Shown here: positions 1-11,846 of the stretch, piece after piece | How the letters are laid out: each line of letters begins with the position of its first letter | Numbering within the stretch: the stretch's first letter is position 1 | DNA from: an uncultured Acidobacteriaceae bacterium | GTDB taxonomy: Bacteria; Acidobacteriota; Terriglobia; Terriglobales; Acidobacteriaceae | Length of the DNA: 64,000 nt | Reading direction: 5' to 3' | Assembly: GCA_963778445.1 (NCBI GenBank) | Contig: CAVZUG010000001.1 | Span: 812,076-876,075 of the forward strand | The notes under the pieces: model-generated | What the model saw: the letters and a program-made list of their open reading frames with translations, nothing else | Database searches by the model: none | What the model was told of the DNA's origin: nothing | Made by a program: the position numbers and the translations under genes

Positions 1-2569
1 ACCTTGATGCCCTTGACCTCGACCGCAGCCGAAGCCGCCCCCGCCGTCGCCGCCGAGGCCGACTTCATCCGCGCCTGCTCCAGCTCCCGCCGCAGCCGCT
101 TGAGCTCGTCCTCCTGCGCGGCAAACCTCGCCCGCAGCGCCTCTGCCGGTGCGCCTTCACCTCCGCCGCCGGCAAACTGCGTCGCCACGCGAGCCACATC
201 CGCGTCTCGCCGAAAAGCCTCGAGCGACCCCGCGCCCGTTACTGCCTCCACCCGCCGCACACCCGAAGAGACCGACCCTTCGCCGACCAGCTTGATCAGC
301 CCGATCTCGCCCGTCGCCCCCACGTGCGTCCCGCCGCACAGCTCCGTCGAAAACCCGTGCGGCCCGCCGATCGTCACCACCCGCACGCGGTCGCCATACT
401 TCTCGCCAAACAGCGCCATCGCGCCCAGCTCGTTCACCGCCACATCGATCGGCACATCCACCAGCGTCTCCACCTTGGCGTTGCCGAGCACCTGCGCGTT
501 CACAATATCTTCGATCTGCTGCAGCTCCTCCTCCGCCACACCCGCAAAGTGCGAAAAATCGAACCGCAGCCGCGACCGGTCCACCAGCGACCCCGCCTGC
601 TTCACATGCTTGCCCAACACCTCGCGCAGAGCCGCATGCAGCAGATGCGTTCCGGTATGGTTGCGCATCGTCGCCCGCCGCACCTCGCCATCGACCACCG
701 TATCGACGGCATCGCCCACCGCGATCCGCTCCCGCACCACCACCCGGTGCGCAAACACTCCCTGCACCGGCTTCGAGCACCCGCTCACATCCGCCACCAC
801 CGTATTGTGGTCCGCCGAGTACAGCCACCCCACATCCCCCACCTGCCCGCCCGAGTCCGCATAAAAACTCGTCGCGTCGAGCACCACCTCACCCGCCTCT
901 CCCGCCGCCAGCTCGTTCACCCCCACCCCATCCCGCACCAGCGCCAGCACCCGCGCCCCATCCACCCGCAACGCCGAGTACCCCTCAAACTCCGTCTTCG
1001 CCAACTCCCGATACACCGGCGCCGCCGACTTCTGCGACCCACCCTTCCAGGAAGCACGAGCGCGCGCCTGCTCCTCTTCCTTGGCCGCTTCGAAGCCTGC
1101 CATGTCAAACGCAATGCCCGCATCGCGCGCCGCATCGACCATAAAGTCGAGCGGCAAACCGTATGTCTCGTAGAGACGAAAAGCGTCTTCCCGCGATGAA
1201 CTTTCGGCTGCGCAGCCTCGACCAGGCTCGAATAGACTTCGATCGGACCTGACATGTTTCGAAGCTGCGACTATCAACCTCTGAATGCCCACGACTCTCG
1301 TGATACTCGTTCTCACTCCAGAACTTCTCATTTTCTTTTGCAATGTCTAGAGCCGAACAGTACGCGCATCGCGAGCTGGGCTCTAGAACATGGTTCAACT
1401 CGCAGTCCGCTCTCCATCACCCGCGCAAACTGCTCTTCCTCCGCCAGCACCACCTTACTCACCCGCTCCGAGTGCTCCACAAGCTCCGGATACGCCACCT
1501 TCATCTCATCCCGAACCGCCCGCACCATCTCAAACAGAAACGGCTTCTCCTGCCCCAGCAGCCGCCCATGCCGAATCCCTCGCCGCATGATCTTCCGCAG
1601 CACATACCCACGCCCCTCATTCGCCGGCACCACCCCATCCGAGATCAGAAACGTCGCCGCCCGCGCATGATCCGCAATGATCCGAAGCGAAGCCGCACCT
1701 CTCCTCCTCCGTCGCCCAACTCGACGAACTGACATCCTGACAACTGGAGAACCCGTCAACTCTGCCGCCCGCGCAATCAACGGCGTAAACAGATCCGTCT
1801 CATAGTTCGACAGCTTCCCCTGCAGCACCGCCGCAATCCGCTCCAGCCCCATTCCCGTATCGATCGAAGGCTTCGGCAGCGGCGTCAGCACCCCATCCGC
1901 GCCCCGATCGAACTGCATAAACACCAGGTTCCAAACCTCCACATACCTTTGTTCGTCCTGCGGAAACGGCAGGTCCACTCCCGGCGTCTCCGCCGCCTCA
2001 ATACCGAGGTCGTAGAAGATCTCCGAACAAGGACCGCACGGCCCCGTATCCCCCATCGCCCAGAAGTTATCCTTCCCCGGCATCGCAAAGATCCGCTCCG
2101 CCGGAACCCCCACCTCCACCCAGTACCCGAACGCCTCATCGTCCCGAGGCACGTTGCCCTCACCCTCGAAGATCGTCACGTACAGCTTGTCCGGCGAGAT
2201 CCCGAACCACTGCGGCGAGGTCAGCAGCTCCCACGCATATGCAATCGCCTCCCGCTTGAAGTAATCGCCAAACGAGAAGTTCCCCAGCATCTCGAAAAAC
2301 GTATGGTGACGCCGCGTAAACCCGACGTTCTCAAGGTCGTTGTGCTTCCCACCCGCACGCACACACTTCTGCGACGTCGCAGCCCGCGTGTACTCCCGCT
2401 TTTCGAGCCCAAGGAACACATCCTTGAACTGGTTCATCCCCGCATTGGTAAACAGCAGCGTCGGATCGTTCGCCGGAACCAGCGACGACGAATGGACGCG
2501 CCGGTGCCCTTTTGTCTCAAAAAACCGCAGAAAATCTTCGCGAATCTGGCTTCCCGACCTGTATTCCAT
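1..2569 (-). CDS. alaS: Alanine--tRNA ligase (3' end beyond window start; indel-split; internal low-GC insert ~1200-1400)
   Basis: N-terminus [69 protein letters not shown]. The distal frame reads [38 protein letters not shown] and ELCGGTHV (editing domain). Confidence 0.95.
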
Positions 2570-2619
2570 AGAGCTAAAGTCTAGCAGCGGCGACCCACCA
2601 GACACTCGAGCGTATGCGA

Positions 2620-5048
2620 TCAGGGCTGCGGAGCAGTAGGCGGGACCTCTGCCGGCGGCCTGCGCTCGACCGGCGCGGCAGGCTGCGTCGCCGGGTTGTC
2701 CGGGTCGCTCTCATCGCTCGGCTCCGCCGGCTTCCTCACCACAGGAGCCTCATCGCTCTCCGCCGGAGCCGCCGGCACATCCAGCACCTTCTTCGGAGCA
2801 CCCGCCGACGCAAATGTCTCCTTCGGTTTGCCCGCAATCGCCGCCCGCATAAAGTCCATCCAAATCGGCAGCGCCGCGCGCGCGCCCGTCTCCTTCTCTC
2901 CCAGCGACTGCGCGGTTATCAAAGCCAATCCACGTCCCGCACGTCACCGATGGCGAAAACCCGATAAACCACGCGTCCGTGTAGTTGTTCGTCGTGCCCG
3001 TCTTTCCCCCCAGCGGATGATTCAGCTGCGCCGCCGCCGCGCCCGTTCCAAAGCGCGTCACCGCCTGCAGCAGTTGCATCATCGTCCGCGCCGTCTCCAC
3101 CGAGATCACCTCCGTCACCTGCGGAGCCTTCTCATCCAGCGGCAGCCCATCCGCCTGCGTCACCTTGCGAATGTAGTGCGGCTCAATGCGGATGCCGTCG
3201 TTCGGAAACACGCTGTAAGCGCCCACCTGCTCGGCCAGCGTAATGTCCGCCGCGCCAATCGCCACCGGCAGAAAGGCCGGCAGATTGCTCGTAATCCCAA
3301 ACCGGTGCGCCGTCTCAATCACCTTCCGGATGCCGGCCTGTCTGCGCCAGCTTCAGCGCCGGAATGTTCCGCGACTCGGCAAACGCGTTCAGCAGCGTCA
3401 TCGCGCCCTTGTAGTCACCCTCGTAGTTGTGCGGCGTGTACGGCCCGCTCGGCGTCGGAAAGCTGGTCGGCCCATCCACGACGATGTCCGTCGGCTTGGC
3501 CCCATCCTCGATGGCCGTCGTATACACATACGGCTTGAACGATGACCCCACCTGCCGCGTGCGCCTGCGTCGCCCGGTTGAACTGCGACAGCGCAAAGTC
3601 CCGGCCCCCCACCATCGCCAGCACCTCGCCGTTCGAGTTGTCCACCGCCATCAGCGATGCCTGCGCGCCGGAATCCTGCTGCAACGCAGGCGCGCAAGCT
3701 CCATCGGGACGGTTCGCCTCCATCCGCACGTACACCACATCGCCCGTCCGCAGGAAGGCTGTCCGCCCGCGTGAATCTGCGTCCACGCGCAATCCTCCGG
3801 CGTCATCACCGCCTGTCTGCGACCCAACTTGCACCATCGCCGTGCTTCGTCGCAACCTCCGTCACCAGCGCCATGCGCATAGCCGCCGTGCACCAGCGTC
3901 TGCGCCCAGTCCGGATGCCGGTACGCTCTCCATATCCGCCCGCGCTGTCCACCACGTTCTGCAGATGGCCCTTCCACTTATGCCGCCGCTCATACGCTGC
4001 CGCCCCGTCCAGCACCGCCTTGTTTGCGACGATCTGCAGATCGAGATCAAGCGTCGTATACACCCGCAGACCGGCGCCGTGCACCTCTTCCACGCCGTAC
4101 TCCTTCTCCAGCTGCCGCCGCACCTCCTCCACGAAGTACGGCGCAATGCTGTTCGCCGGAGTCTCGATCTGCAGTCCCAGCGGCGCAGCCTTCGCCGCAC
4201 TCGCCTGCGCTTCGCGTGATCTTGCCGGTCCTCCAGCATCTCGCTCAGCACCAGGTTCCGCCGCCGCAGCGCACGATCCGGATATTTCAGCGGCGAGTAA
4301 GCCTCCGGTCCCTTCGGCAGCGCCGCCAGCAGCGCCGCCTCCGGCAGCGTCAGATCGCGCACATGCTTGCTGAAGAAAGAACTCCGACCCCGCCTCGAAC
4401 CCATACGTCCCATGCCCCAGGTAAATCTGGTTCGCATACAGCTGAAGATCTGCTGCTTGGTAAACCGCCGCTCGATCTGCATGGACAGAAAGATCTCCTG
4501 GATCTTGCGGCCATACGTCTTCTCGCGACGAAAGGAACAGGTTGCGCGCCAGCTGCATCGTCAGCGTGGACGCTCCCTGCGCCCGCCCGCTCGAATGCAG
4601 ATCGCGCTACGCCGCGCCCACCGCGCGCACCAGGTTCACCCCCCAGTTGCTCTCAAAGCTCTTGTCTTCAATCGAGATGATCGCCTCGCGCAGCACCGGC
4701 GGAAAATCCGCATACGGCACCACCACCCGCCGCTCCAGCGCAAACGATCCGAACACCTTGCCATGCACATCCAGCAGCTCGGTCGTCGTGTTGGGGCGAT
4801 ACCGCGCCAGGTCGTCCATCTGCGGCAGGTCGATCGAGTAGACCAGCATCAGACCGCACAGCGCGCCGAAGACCGCCGACAACCCCAGCAGCACGAGAAA
4901 CGTCAACCGCGCCGGCTATCCGCTTGCTCGGACAGCAGGACCACTCAAGCCGTAGCGCGGCCGTTCAGCCGCTGCCAGAACGGTCCAGTCTTCGTCCTCG
5001 GGCTCCTGCGTCTCCGGTCTGGATAGGCTCCGCACGGCCCTTCACCAT
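2620..5048 (-). CDS. Class A penicillin-binding protein 1A (transglycosylase/transpeptidase), several indels; start approximate
   Basis: Fragments give an N-terminal TM helix, [56 protein letters not shown] (SxxK), SRN and [17 protein letters not shown]. Confidence 0.9.
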
Positions 5049-5141
5049 AGCACGAGCCAACAGCCCCTGACCTCATCGGCTAACCCGCAACCGATCAGCA
5101 ACTGGCACACGGACCATCACAACCGCTTCCAGCGAACCGCC

Positions 5142-6378
5142 CTAAGCTGCCTTTGCCTTCAGCAAATCCAGCGCCTTCGTCAGCTGCTCATCTACTGTCA
5201 CACCCGGCTTCTGGGACGGCTGTCGTCCCCGCTGCCGGAGTCGTCATCGTCGTCTTCGTCGACGCGCCTCATCCTCCGAAGCCACCAGCACCTCCGGCGT
5301 CACGCCGTCATCCTGCAGCTTCTTCCCGAAGGCGACTCGTACTTCGCGACCGACAGAATCAGCGCCGCGCCATCCGGCAGCTCAAACGTCTTCTGCTGCG
5401 CGCCCTCGCCAAACGTCTTCTCGCCCACCAGCTCGGCGCGCTTGTTGTCATGCAGCGCGGCTGCCACGAGCTCCCCGGCCCCGCCGTTCCGCGATTCACC
5501 AGAACCACCACCGGCGCACGTTGCATTCATGGTCTTCGACGGGATCCGCTGTAAACGTCTGCTTCTCGCACCTTCTGCCCCTCAAGCGATCGCAATCGTT
5601 CCGACTCGGCAGCAAGAAGTTCGCCAGCCGCGTCGCCTCCGCTCATATCTCCCGCGGCAACATCGCGCAGGTCGAGCAGTATCTTCTTGTTCCCGGCCTT
5701 CTGCATGCCTTTCAGCTTCGCTTCCATCTGCTGCACATGCTCGTGATCCAGAACGTCCGGCTTCAGGTAAAGAATCGACGAGTTCTCATACATCGTCTCC
5801 GTCACCGGCGGCTGCGCTCACCACCGCCCGCGTCAGCACCACCTTGTCCGGAGCCGCCTTGCGCGGCCGCACCACCGACAGCGTCAACTCGCTGCCCGGC
5901 TGCCCTTCCAGCAGCAGCTGGATCATCGCCAGCGAAAGATCGCGCGTGTCCTGCGGCGCCGATCGCCTCGATGATGTCGCCGTCATTCAGGTTGGCCTTG
6001 TCCGCCGGGCTGCCCGGAACCACCGATACGACCGTCGCATAGCCAAACCGCTTCGACACGTTGATGCCCACCTGCGCCTTGCCCGCCCTTTCGGCCTTGT
6101 AGATCTTGTAGTCCGCCGGCGTCAGGTAGCTCGAGTCCGCATCCAGCGACTCCAGCAGACCGCGCAGCGCGCCGTTGGTCACCGATTGCCGATATTCGGC
6201 TCTTCCACGTAGTCCGTCTGGATGTGCCGCAGCACCTCGCTGTACACATTGATCTGGCTGGTATGCGCCGTCCTGGTCTCGATGCCGCGCTCACGCCGCT
6301 CGAGTTCACACCCAGAAAGACCGTCAGCACCAGAACCACCGAGACAGCGAGCAGCAGGATCTTCGAAATCTTAGGCAT
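5142..6378 (-). CDS. S41 family C-terminal processing protease with PDZ domain (indel-split)
   Basis: Signal peptide MPKISKILLL.., GALRGLLESLDADSSYL, PDZ VVSVVPGSPADKA, ILLDLR, ELVAAALHDNKRAELVGEKTFGEG. Confidence 0.85.
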
Positions 6379-6508
6379 AATGCGAGAGCGACTCTCCAGC
6401 GGGCATCCTGACAGCACATCCGCCCAGGGACAGGTTAGACGTTCCCCGACTCCCGAAATGATACTCTCGTACTCAGAATTGCGCGATACGCGGCAGGCTA
6501 ATACACAT

Positions 6509-6585
6509 TGGTGGCGGTGGGCAGAATCGAACTGCCGACCTACGGGTTATGAGTCCGTCGCTCTAACCATCTGAGCTACACCGCC
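6509..6585 (-). tRNA. tRNA-Met (CAT), elongator-type
   Basis: GGCGGTGTAGCTCAGATGGTTAGAGCGACGGACTCATAACCCGTAGGTCGGCAGTTCGATTCTGCCCACCGCCACCA: cloverleaf, CAT anticodon, encoded CCA, paired 1:72. Confidence 0.95.
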
Positions 6586-6674
6586 TTAAGGTGTACAAGC
6601 GTCCTGCGAATCCGCAGCACCCGCGAAGATCGGCGCTGACGAGTCAGTTTCAACGGCAAAGGAACCGATCGCCG

Positions 6675-7488
6675 GTGGCACAGCCAGATCCAATCATACT
6701 GGATTCGCCCCCAGCGGAAAGCTCGCGCGGACGCGTCCTCGGCGTCATCCCCGCACGCCTGGCCTCCACCCGCCTTCCCCGCAAGGTCCTCCGCACCATC
6801 GCCGGCGAGCCCATGCTCGCCTGGGTCTACGACGCCGCCAACGCCTGCCCCCAGCTCGACGACCTCATCATCGCCACCGACTCCGAACGAGGTCGCCGAC
6901 CTCTGCCGAGCGCAACGGCTGGCCCTTCCGACTCACCTCCCCCGACCTCCCCAGCGGCACCGACCGCGTCCACGCCGTCGCCCAGCTCGATCCACGCCGA
7001 CATCTACGTCAACATCCAGGGCGACGAACCCCTCCTCAAGCCCCGAACACCTCACCGCGCTCCTCGCCCGTTTCCGCGTTCCGCAAGTCGAGGTCACCAC
7101 CCTCAGAGTCGCTCTGCACCCCCGAAAACATCGCGCAATCCCAACGCCGTCAAAGTAGTCACCGCCGCCGGACGGCCGCGCCCTCTACTTCTCCCGCGCC
7201 ACCATCCCCTACGACCGCGACACAACCCACGACACGCTAGTACTGGAAGCACATCGGCCTGTACGCCTACCGGCACGCCGCCCTCCACCGCTTCCCTACC
7301 CTCCCCGCGCGCCCCTCGAGCAGACCGAACGCCTCGAGCAACTCCGCTTCCTCGAAAACAACATCCCCATCTACGTCGAGACCACACACCACGACACCAT
7401 CGGCGTCGACACCGAAGCAGACCTCCAGATCGTCGAGCGCCTCCTCAGCCAGCCCGGCGCAACCCCGCACCTACCGCATCGCACTTAG
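6675..7488 (+). CDS. kdsB: 3-deoxy-manno-octulosonate cytidylyltransferase (indel-split)
   Basis: VIPARLASTRLPRKVL, SGTDR, VNIQGDEP, PNAVKVV, ALYFSR, KHIGLYAYR, LEQLRFLEN and GVDTEADL spread over shifted frames. Confidence 0.92.
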
Positions 7489-10056
7489 CTGACTCGGCGG
7501 CCCAATCGGCCCCTCCAAAACCCTCTCCGCCGTCGCAATCGGCAGCTTCCAGTCCGTCACCGGTGTCCCCGAGACATGGAGCTGCTGCGTAAACCGGATC
7601 AGCCGATCCGTATCCACACCGCTCGCATCCGTAGCCCGCTGCCGCAGGTAGTAAGGCGGAATCGACTGGTAATACAGCGTCGCCCGCACATGCGTCGCCC
7701 TGGCGGTCCTCGGGCTCATCCTGATCTCGTACCGCACCACGCTGCTCCCGCTGCCGTCCCCGTACGAGGGATCGCACGCCTGCTCCTCCCGCCGCGTCAC
7801 GCAGGTCCCAACCGGGCCCGTCTCACTGGCGAACGGCCCCGACGAGCTCCATCCCCGCGGCTGCAGCCGATTGTCCTTCGCCTTGTTTGCCAGGCTGATA
7901 AAGCTCGTCGTCAGGAAGCCCTCAGGATCTCTGACCAGCTCCTCATAGATCTGCACCTCGTCCTGGCGACGAATCGGATCCTTCGCCCAGTGGTGCCTTT
8001 GGACCTCCTGCTGATGCGGCGAGAAGAACTCCGTCCTCAACGCGCTCCCATTGCCATCCACGATTACGCCGTCATCGTTCGTCCTGCCTGACTCCCAAAC
8101 CACGCGATTGTCCTCATCCAGGACCTGCAGATCGATAAAGGCACGCCGAAATCCCACACCCGACGGAAAGCTGTGCCCGGCAAGGTTGGTCACCTTCACA
8201 TCCGCGACAAACCGGTCATTGGCTCGTCCGAACGTCTGCACCTCCACCTCGGCGCTCTTCTGCGAAGCGCTCTCGAAGCTCGTGGCAATCGCGTTGTCGA
8301 TCCCCGGCGTCGTCGTACCCGGACTTCGCAGCATCGGATCATCCTTATACAGCCCCAGCTCCGTCCGGAACTGCTTGAACATCTCCAGCGCAAAGATGTT
8401 GATCCCAAGCAAGGTATGCCGGTGATACTCATCGCGTTTCACCAACGTGATATCCGCATCAGGCGCCCGGAACTCCACCGGCGGAAACGTATTGTCCTCA
8501 ATATTCGCGATCTTGTACGACAGCGGATTGCCCTTGAAATCCTTCTGCATATGGCAGCTCTGGCAGCTCTGGTTCAGGAAGCTGCTGTTCAGCCACTCCA
8601 GGTACGTCGTCTGCTCGTAGAAGTCCGCGGGCTTGCCGTCCCGCATGTACCGTTTGCCGGAGCTCTCATACACCGGCAGCACAATCGTGTGGCACGAGCC
8701 GCAAAGATTCGCCGCCTCGATCTGGTTCTTCTCCGTACTCTTCGGCGTAATGCCCAGCGCGTTCTTCATCGGCAGGACCGCCACGTCATGCTGATACGGC
8801 CCATAGACCTCGTCCACCGGGCCCAGCTTGAACTTCGCCGTAAACGTCTCCGGCTTGCCCAGCCCATCCGCCGCAATGTGGTGGCACGCGGCGCACGACA
8901 CGCCATCGCGCGCCAGCGCCCCATAGGTCGAGTGCGGATCCAGAAGCTCCGCGCGCTCCAGAAAGCCGCCCGTGTCCAGCTTGTGCTGCCGCTGTCCCAT
9001 CACGCCGTGACAGCTCAGGCACAGATCCTGAACAAACGGCTTGGCATCCTTCACATGGTCTTCAAGCTCCGGGTGCAGCGCGTTCTCGGAGTTCAGCTGC
9101 GAAAAAAAGATCGGGTCCCGCCCCGACAGGCCCATCATCGAAAATCGCCACTCGCCGTTCATTGACACATTCGTGATCGGGTCCGCCAGCGCGTTCGGCC
9201 ACAGCATGCTCGGCAGGTCCGCGCGCGTCGGCGACAGTGTTCCGGTCGCATTGTGGCAGCCCGTACATTGATCCGAGGTAATGAAGTGCGTCGGCGCATC
9301 GTTCGCCGCGCGCGGCACCACATGGTCGAACGACTCCGGAACCATGCATCGCCGCGGTCCAAAAGTATCCTGCTGAAACAGCTTGCGCGCCAGCCGATGG
9401 TGGATGTTGTCGTCCGGAGGAGTCGACGTACTTGGAGGCGGCACAGCCACGGGCGCCAGATGGTTCGGGCTCGCATAGGTGCTCTGGCCGCTCGCCGCCG
9501 ACGCATGGCAGTTCAGGCAGTACTGCCCAAACCCGATGCTCGGAAATACCGCCTCAGGACAACTTTTTGTGGAGCCGGTCCCCTCTGCCGTTGTCGTCGA
9601 CGGCGCGGAAGACGTCGGGGAACTCAGGTCCGCCCAGTACCACCCGTCGTGCGACCCCTTGGCGTCCTTCACCATGATCGTCCATTCATCAAGCGGCGCC
9701 GTCGGCTCCGGGTACTGCTCCTTCACCAGCATCGATCCATCCGGTGGCTGCCCCTGCCGGTGGTTCACCGTCATCCACCGCCACATCTGCGGCGAATAGT
9801 AGATCTTGATGAACGGGTGCACGCCATCCGAAGACCGGATGCTCCCATCGTGCATCCACCCCTGGGCTCGGTAGCAGTAACCAGCCATAAACGTCTCTAG
9901 TTTGGCTTCAAAACCGGCCGAGCTCGCTGGAGGAAGCGCTTCGCAAGCTGCCTGTGTGTTTCTGTCCGCTTGCGAAGCGGACACACGGAGAGACGGAGCG
10001 AGCGCCAGCAGCGCGCATCCGGAGATCAACGTCAGGTATCGAGCGGTGGGAGCCAT
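7471..10056 (-). CDS. Secreted multiheme c-type cytochrome (6 CxxCH) with N-terminal cytochrome P460-like domain
   Basis: AGGAGG RBS and signal peptide. Heme motifs CLNCH, CTGCH, CLSCH, CAACH, CGSCH, CQSCH. P460-like PDGSMLVKEQY..WTIMVKD..GWYW segment precedes the first CxxCH. Confidence 0.85.
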   Translation of the reverse strand: MAPTARYLTLISGCALLALAPSLRVSASQADRNTQAACEALPPASSAGFEAKLETFMAGYCYRAQGWMHDGSIRSSDGVHPFIKIYYSPQMWRWMTVNHRQGQPPDGSMLVKEQYPEPTAPLDEWTIMVKDAKGSHDGWYWADLSSPTSSAPSTTTAEGTGSTKSCPEAVFPSIGFGQYCLNCHASAASGQSTYASPNHLAPVAVPPPSTSTPPDDNIHHRLARKLFQQDTFGPRRCMVPESFDHVVPRAANDAPTHFITSDQCTGCHNATGTLSPTRADLPSMLWPNALADPITNVSMNGEWRFSMMGLSGRDPIFFSQLNSENALHPELEDHVKDAKPFVQDLCLSCHGVMGQRQHKLDTGGFLERAELLDPHSTYGALARDGVSCAACHHIAADGLGKPETFTAKFKLGPVDEVYGPYQHDVAVLPMKNALGITPKSTEKNQIEAANLCGSCHTIVLPVYESSGKRYMRDGKPADFYEQTTYLEWLNSSFLNQSCQSCHMQKDFKGNPLSYKIANIEDNTFPPVEFRAPDADITLVKRDEYHRHTLLGINIFALEMFKQFRTELGLYKDDPMLRSPGTTTPGIDNAIATSFESASQKSAEVEVQTFGRANDRFVADVKVTNLAGHSFPSGVGFRRAFIDLQVLDEDNRVVWESGRTNDDGVIVDGNGSALRTEFFSPHQQEVQRHHWAKDPIRRQDEVQIYEELVRDPEGFLTTSFISLANKAKDNRLQPRGWSSSGPFASETGPVGTCVTRREEQACDPSYGDGSGSSVVRYEIRMSPRTARATHVRATLYYQSIPPYYLRQRATDASGVDTDRLIRFTQQLHVSGTPVTDWKLPIATAERVLEGPIGPPSQLSAMR

Positions 10057-10363
10057 CCGACCTCCTATTCCCAAACGAAACAGCAGGCCCGATGAAGCAG
10101 GTGCCAGGCATCCATCCCTTGGTTCCCGGATGGCCGCTCCAGCTCCTCCCAAGAAAAATACAACTTCCGTAGGAGGCTGTCAGCAGGGACCGCGAAAGAA
10201 AATCAACGGTTGGTAACGTCTCCCCACCAGGCCCCCGCCCAGCCCTCGCCAGGCTTTCATTCCGAGCCGAAGACGCGGAAATCCAAGCACTTCGCCCGCC
10301 CCTCATACACCGGAAGTTGTATAGGCCAGGCGCCCCCGCCGAACTACTCTCGGCCTTGGAAAG

Positions 10364-11602
10364 GTGAGGGGGGTTCGCTTGCACAGCAAGGCCATTCGCA
10401 GCATCGCAGGCGTTCAACCGCAAAGAGGTCGCCTCACCCTCCTTCAACGGCCTCCCGCTCGCGTGTCCATCGGCGCCGCCTCAGCCAACAACCAGAATCA
10501 CCTCTTCGTCGACACTGTGCGCTTCTGGTCCACGCTGGCGATCGTCGCCCTCCACTCCACCGGGCTCTTCGCCATGCTGGGGAAAGGATCGCCGCATCTC
10601 GCTCACGCCGTCGCCACCCCATTCAAATTCGGAACCATCGCCTTTTTCCTCGCCTCGGGATTCCTCCTCGGAGAACGCCTCGAAAACTGCCGGCCCTTGG
10701 CCTACCTGCGCAAACGCCTGAAAAAAGTCTTTCTTCCGTGGCTCTTCTGGTTCACTCTCGCCGTCGCCTTCTTCCTGACTGCCGAGGTCATCCACCATCA
10801 GGTCACGCTCTCCTTCAGCCTCGATACTCTCGGAATCATCGGCCGTAAGTTCGTCAGCTGCCTGTTCACCTCGGCCTTCTGGTTCGTGCCCAATCTTCTG
10901 TTGTCGCTCTGCATCCTTCTCCTCTTCCGCAAGCGTCTTGCAGATCCGCGCTTCGGTGCAGCTCTCTTGGCCATCAATCTGTTCTATGTCGTCAACATCT
11001 ACACGCGCTGGTTCCCAAGCTCCCATACCGAGGCGATGCTCGGCTTCGTCTTCTATCTTTGGCTTGGAACCTATGGCGCCCGTCACTTCGGCCGGCTCAC
11101 CAACTGGATCTCTCGGGTGTCGCTCGCCACGCTGCTTGCATTCACGATGTTTGCTGCCTCGATCGCGTGGCTCGAAGCCCACCTGCTCTCCCGTCTGGGA
11201 TCGCCAGATTCAATGAACACGCTCCGCCTCAGTAACCAGATCTTCTCGGTAGCCGTCGTCCTCATGCTCCTGAAACTCCGCCGCCCAACCTGGCCGCGTT
11301 TTGTCAACGTAAGAAACAATACCTTCGGCCTCTACCTCACGCACACCATGATCCTGTCCATCGTCCTCAAAACAGCTGTGCATCTTCTCTCGCGCTCACC
11401 AGACATCTGGCTTCAAAACAGCAATGGAGGCCTGATAGCTCTGTGGATTACAGCAGTGGTCGTTACCTATTCAATCTGCCTCCTGATCACGAAAGCAGTT
11501 GACTCTCAACCCGGGCTGCGATGGCTGATCGGTTCGAGCGCCCCGAAGCGAGGGGCCCAGACTTCGCCGCGCCTCGCCACAGCGCTGGAACTGCCGGCTT
11601 GA
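10364..11602 (+). CDS. Acyltransferase-3 family membrane O-acyltransferase
   Basis: DTVRFWSTLAIVALH, FFLASGFLL, YLRKRLKKVFLPW, FWFVP, FGLYLTH; about 10 hydrophobic segments. Confidence 0.85.
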   Translation: MRGVRLHSKAIRSIAGVQPQRGRLTLLQRPPARVSIGAASANNQNHLFVDTVRFWSTLAIVALHSTGLFAMLGKGSPHLAHAVATPFKFGTIAFFLASGFLLGERLENCRPLAYLRKRLKKVFLPWLFWFTLAVAFFLTAEVIHHQVTLSFSLDTLGIIGRKFVSCLFTSAFWFVPNLLLSLCILLLFRKRLADPRFGAALLAINLFYVVNIYTRWFPSSHTEAMLGFVFYLWLGTYGARHFGRLTNWISRVSLATLLAFTMFAASIAWLEAHLLSRLGSPDSMNTLRLSNQIFSVAVVLMLLKLRRPTWPRFVNVRNNTFGLYLTHTMILSIVLKTAVHLLSRSPDIWLQNSNGGLIALWITAVVVTYSICLLITKAVDSQPGLRWLIGSSAPKRGAQTSPRLATALELPA

Positions 11603-11689
11603 GAAACTGCTGAAACGCTCAAGCCTCACGCGCTCTGGTTCACGCTGCCTCGCCCCGTCGCGCCACCCACACCAGGAGATATCCCCAGG

Positions 11690-11740
11690 CCGTGACTTCG
11701 ACCCTGAGCGGAGTCGAAGGGGAGATGGATCCCTGTATCT
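11690..11740. repeat. REP-like palindromic element (related to 21528-21577, opposite orientation)
   Basis: CCGTGACTTCGACCCTGAGCGGAGTCGAAGGGGAGATGGATCCCTGTATCT forms a hairpin. Its reverse complement shares the ATACAGGG..CTCC..GTCGA..ACGG layout of the 21.5 kb copy. Confidence 0.6.
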
Positions 11741-11846
11741 GCTCTTGCCAATATCCGTTTACGCGGCCATCCTGAGCGCAGCGTATCCGCCGGACCAACA
11801 GCATAATTAACGTAGAGACACACTCGTCCGATCAGAACCGGAGCTT

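Noticed and set aside
1195-1402. Intein or self-splicing intron in alaS
   Set aside because: The insert is too short and lacks Cys/Ser-start and His-Asn-end motifs or recognisable intron structure.
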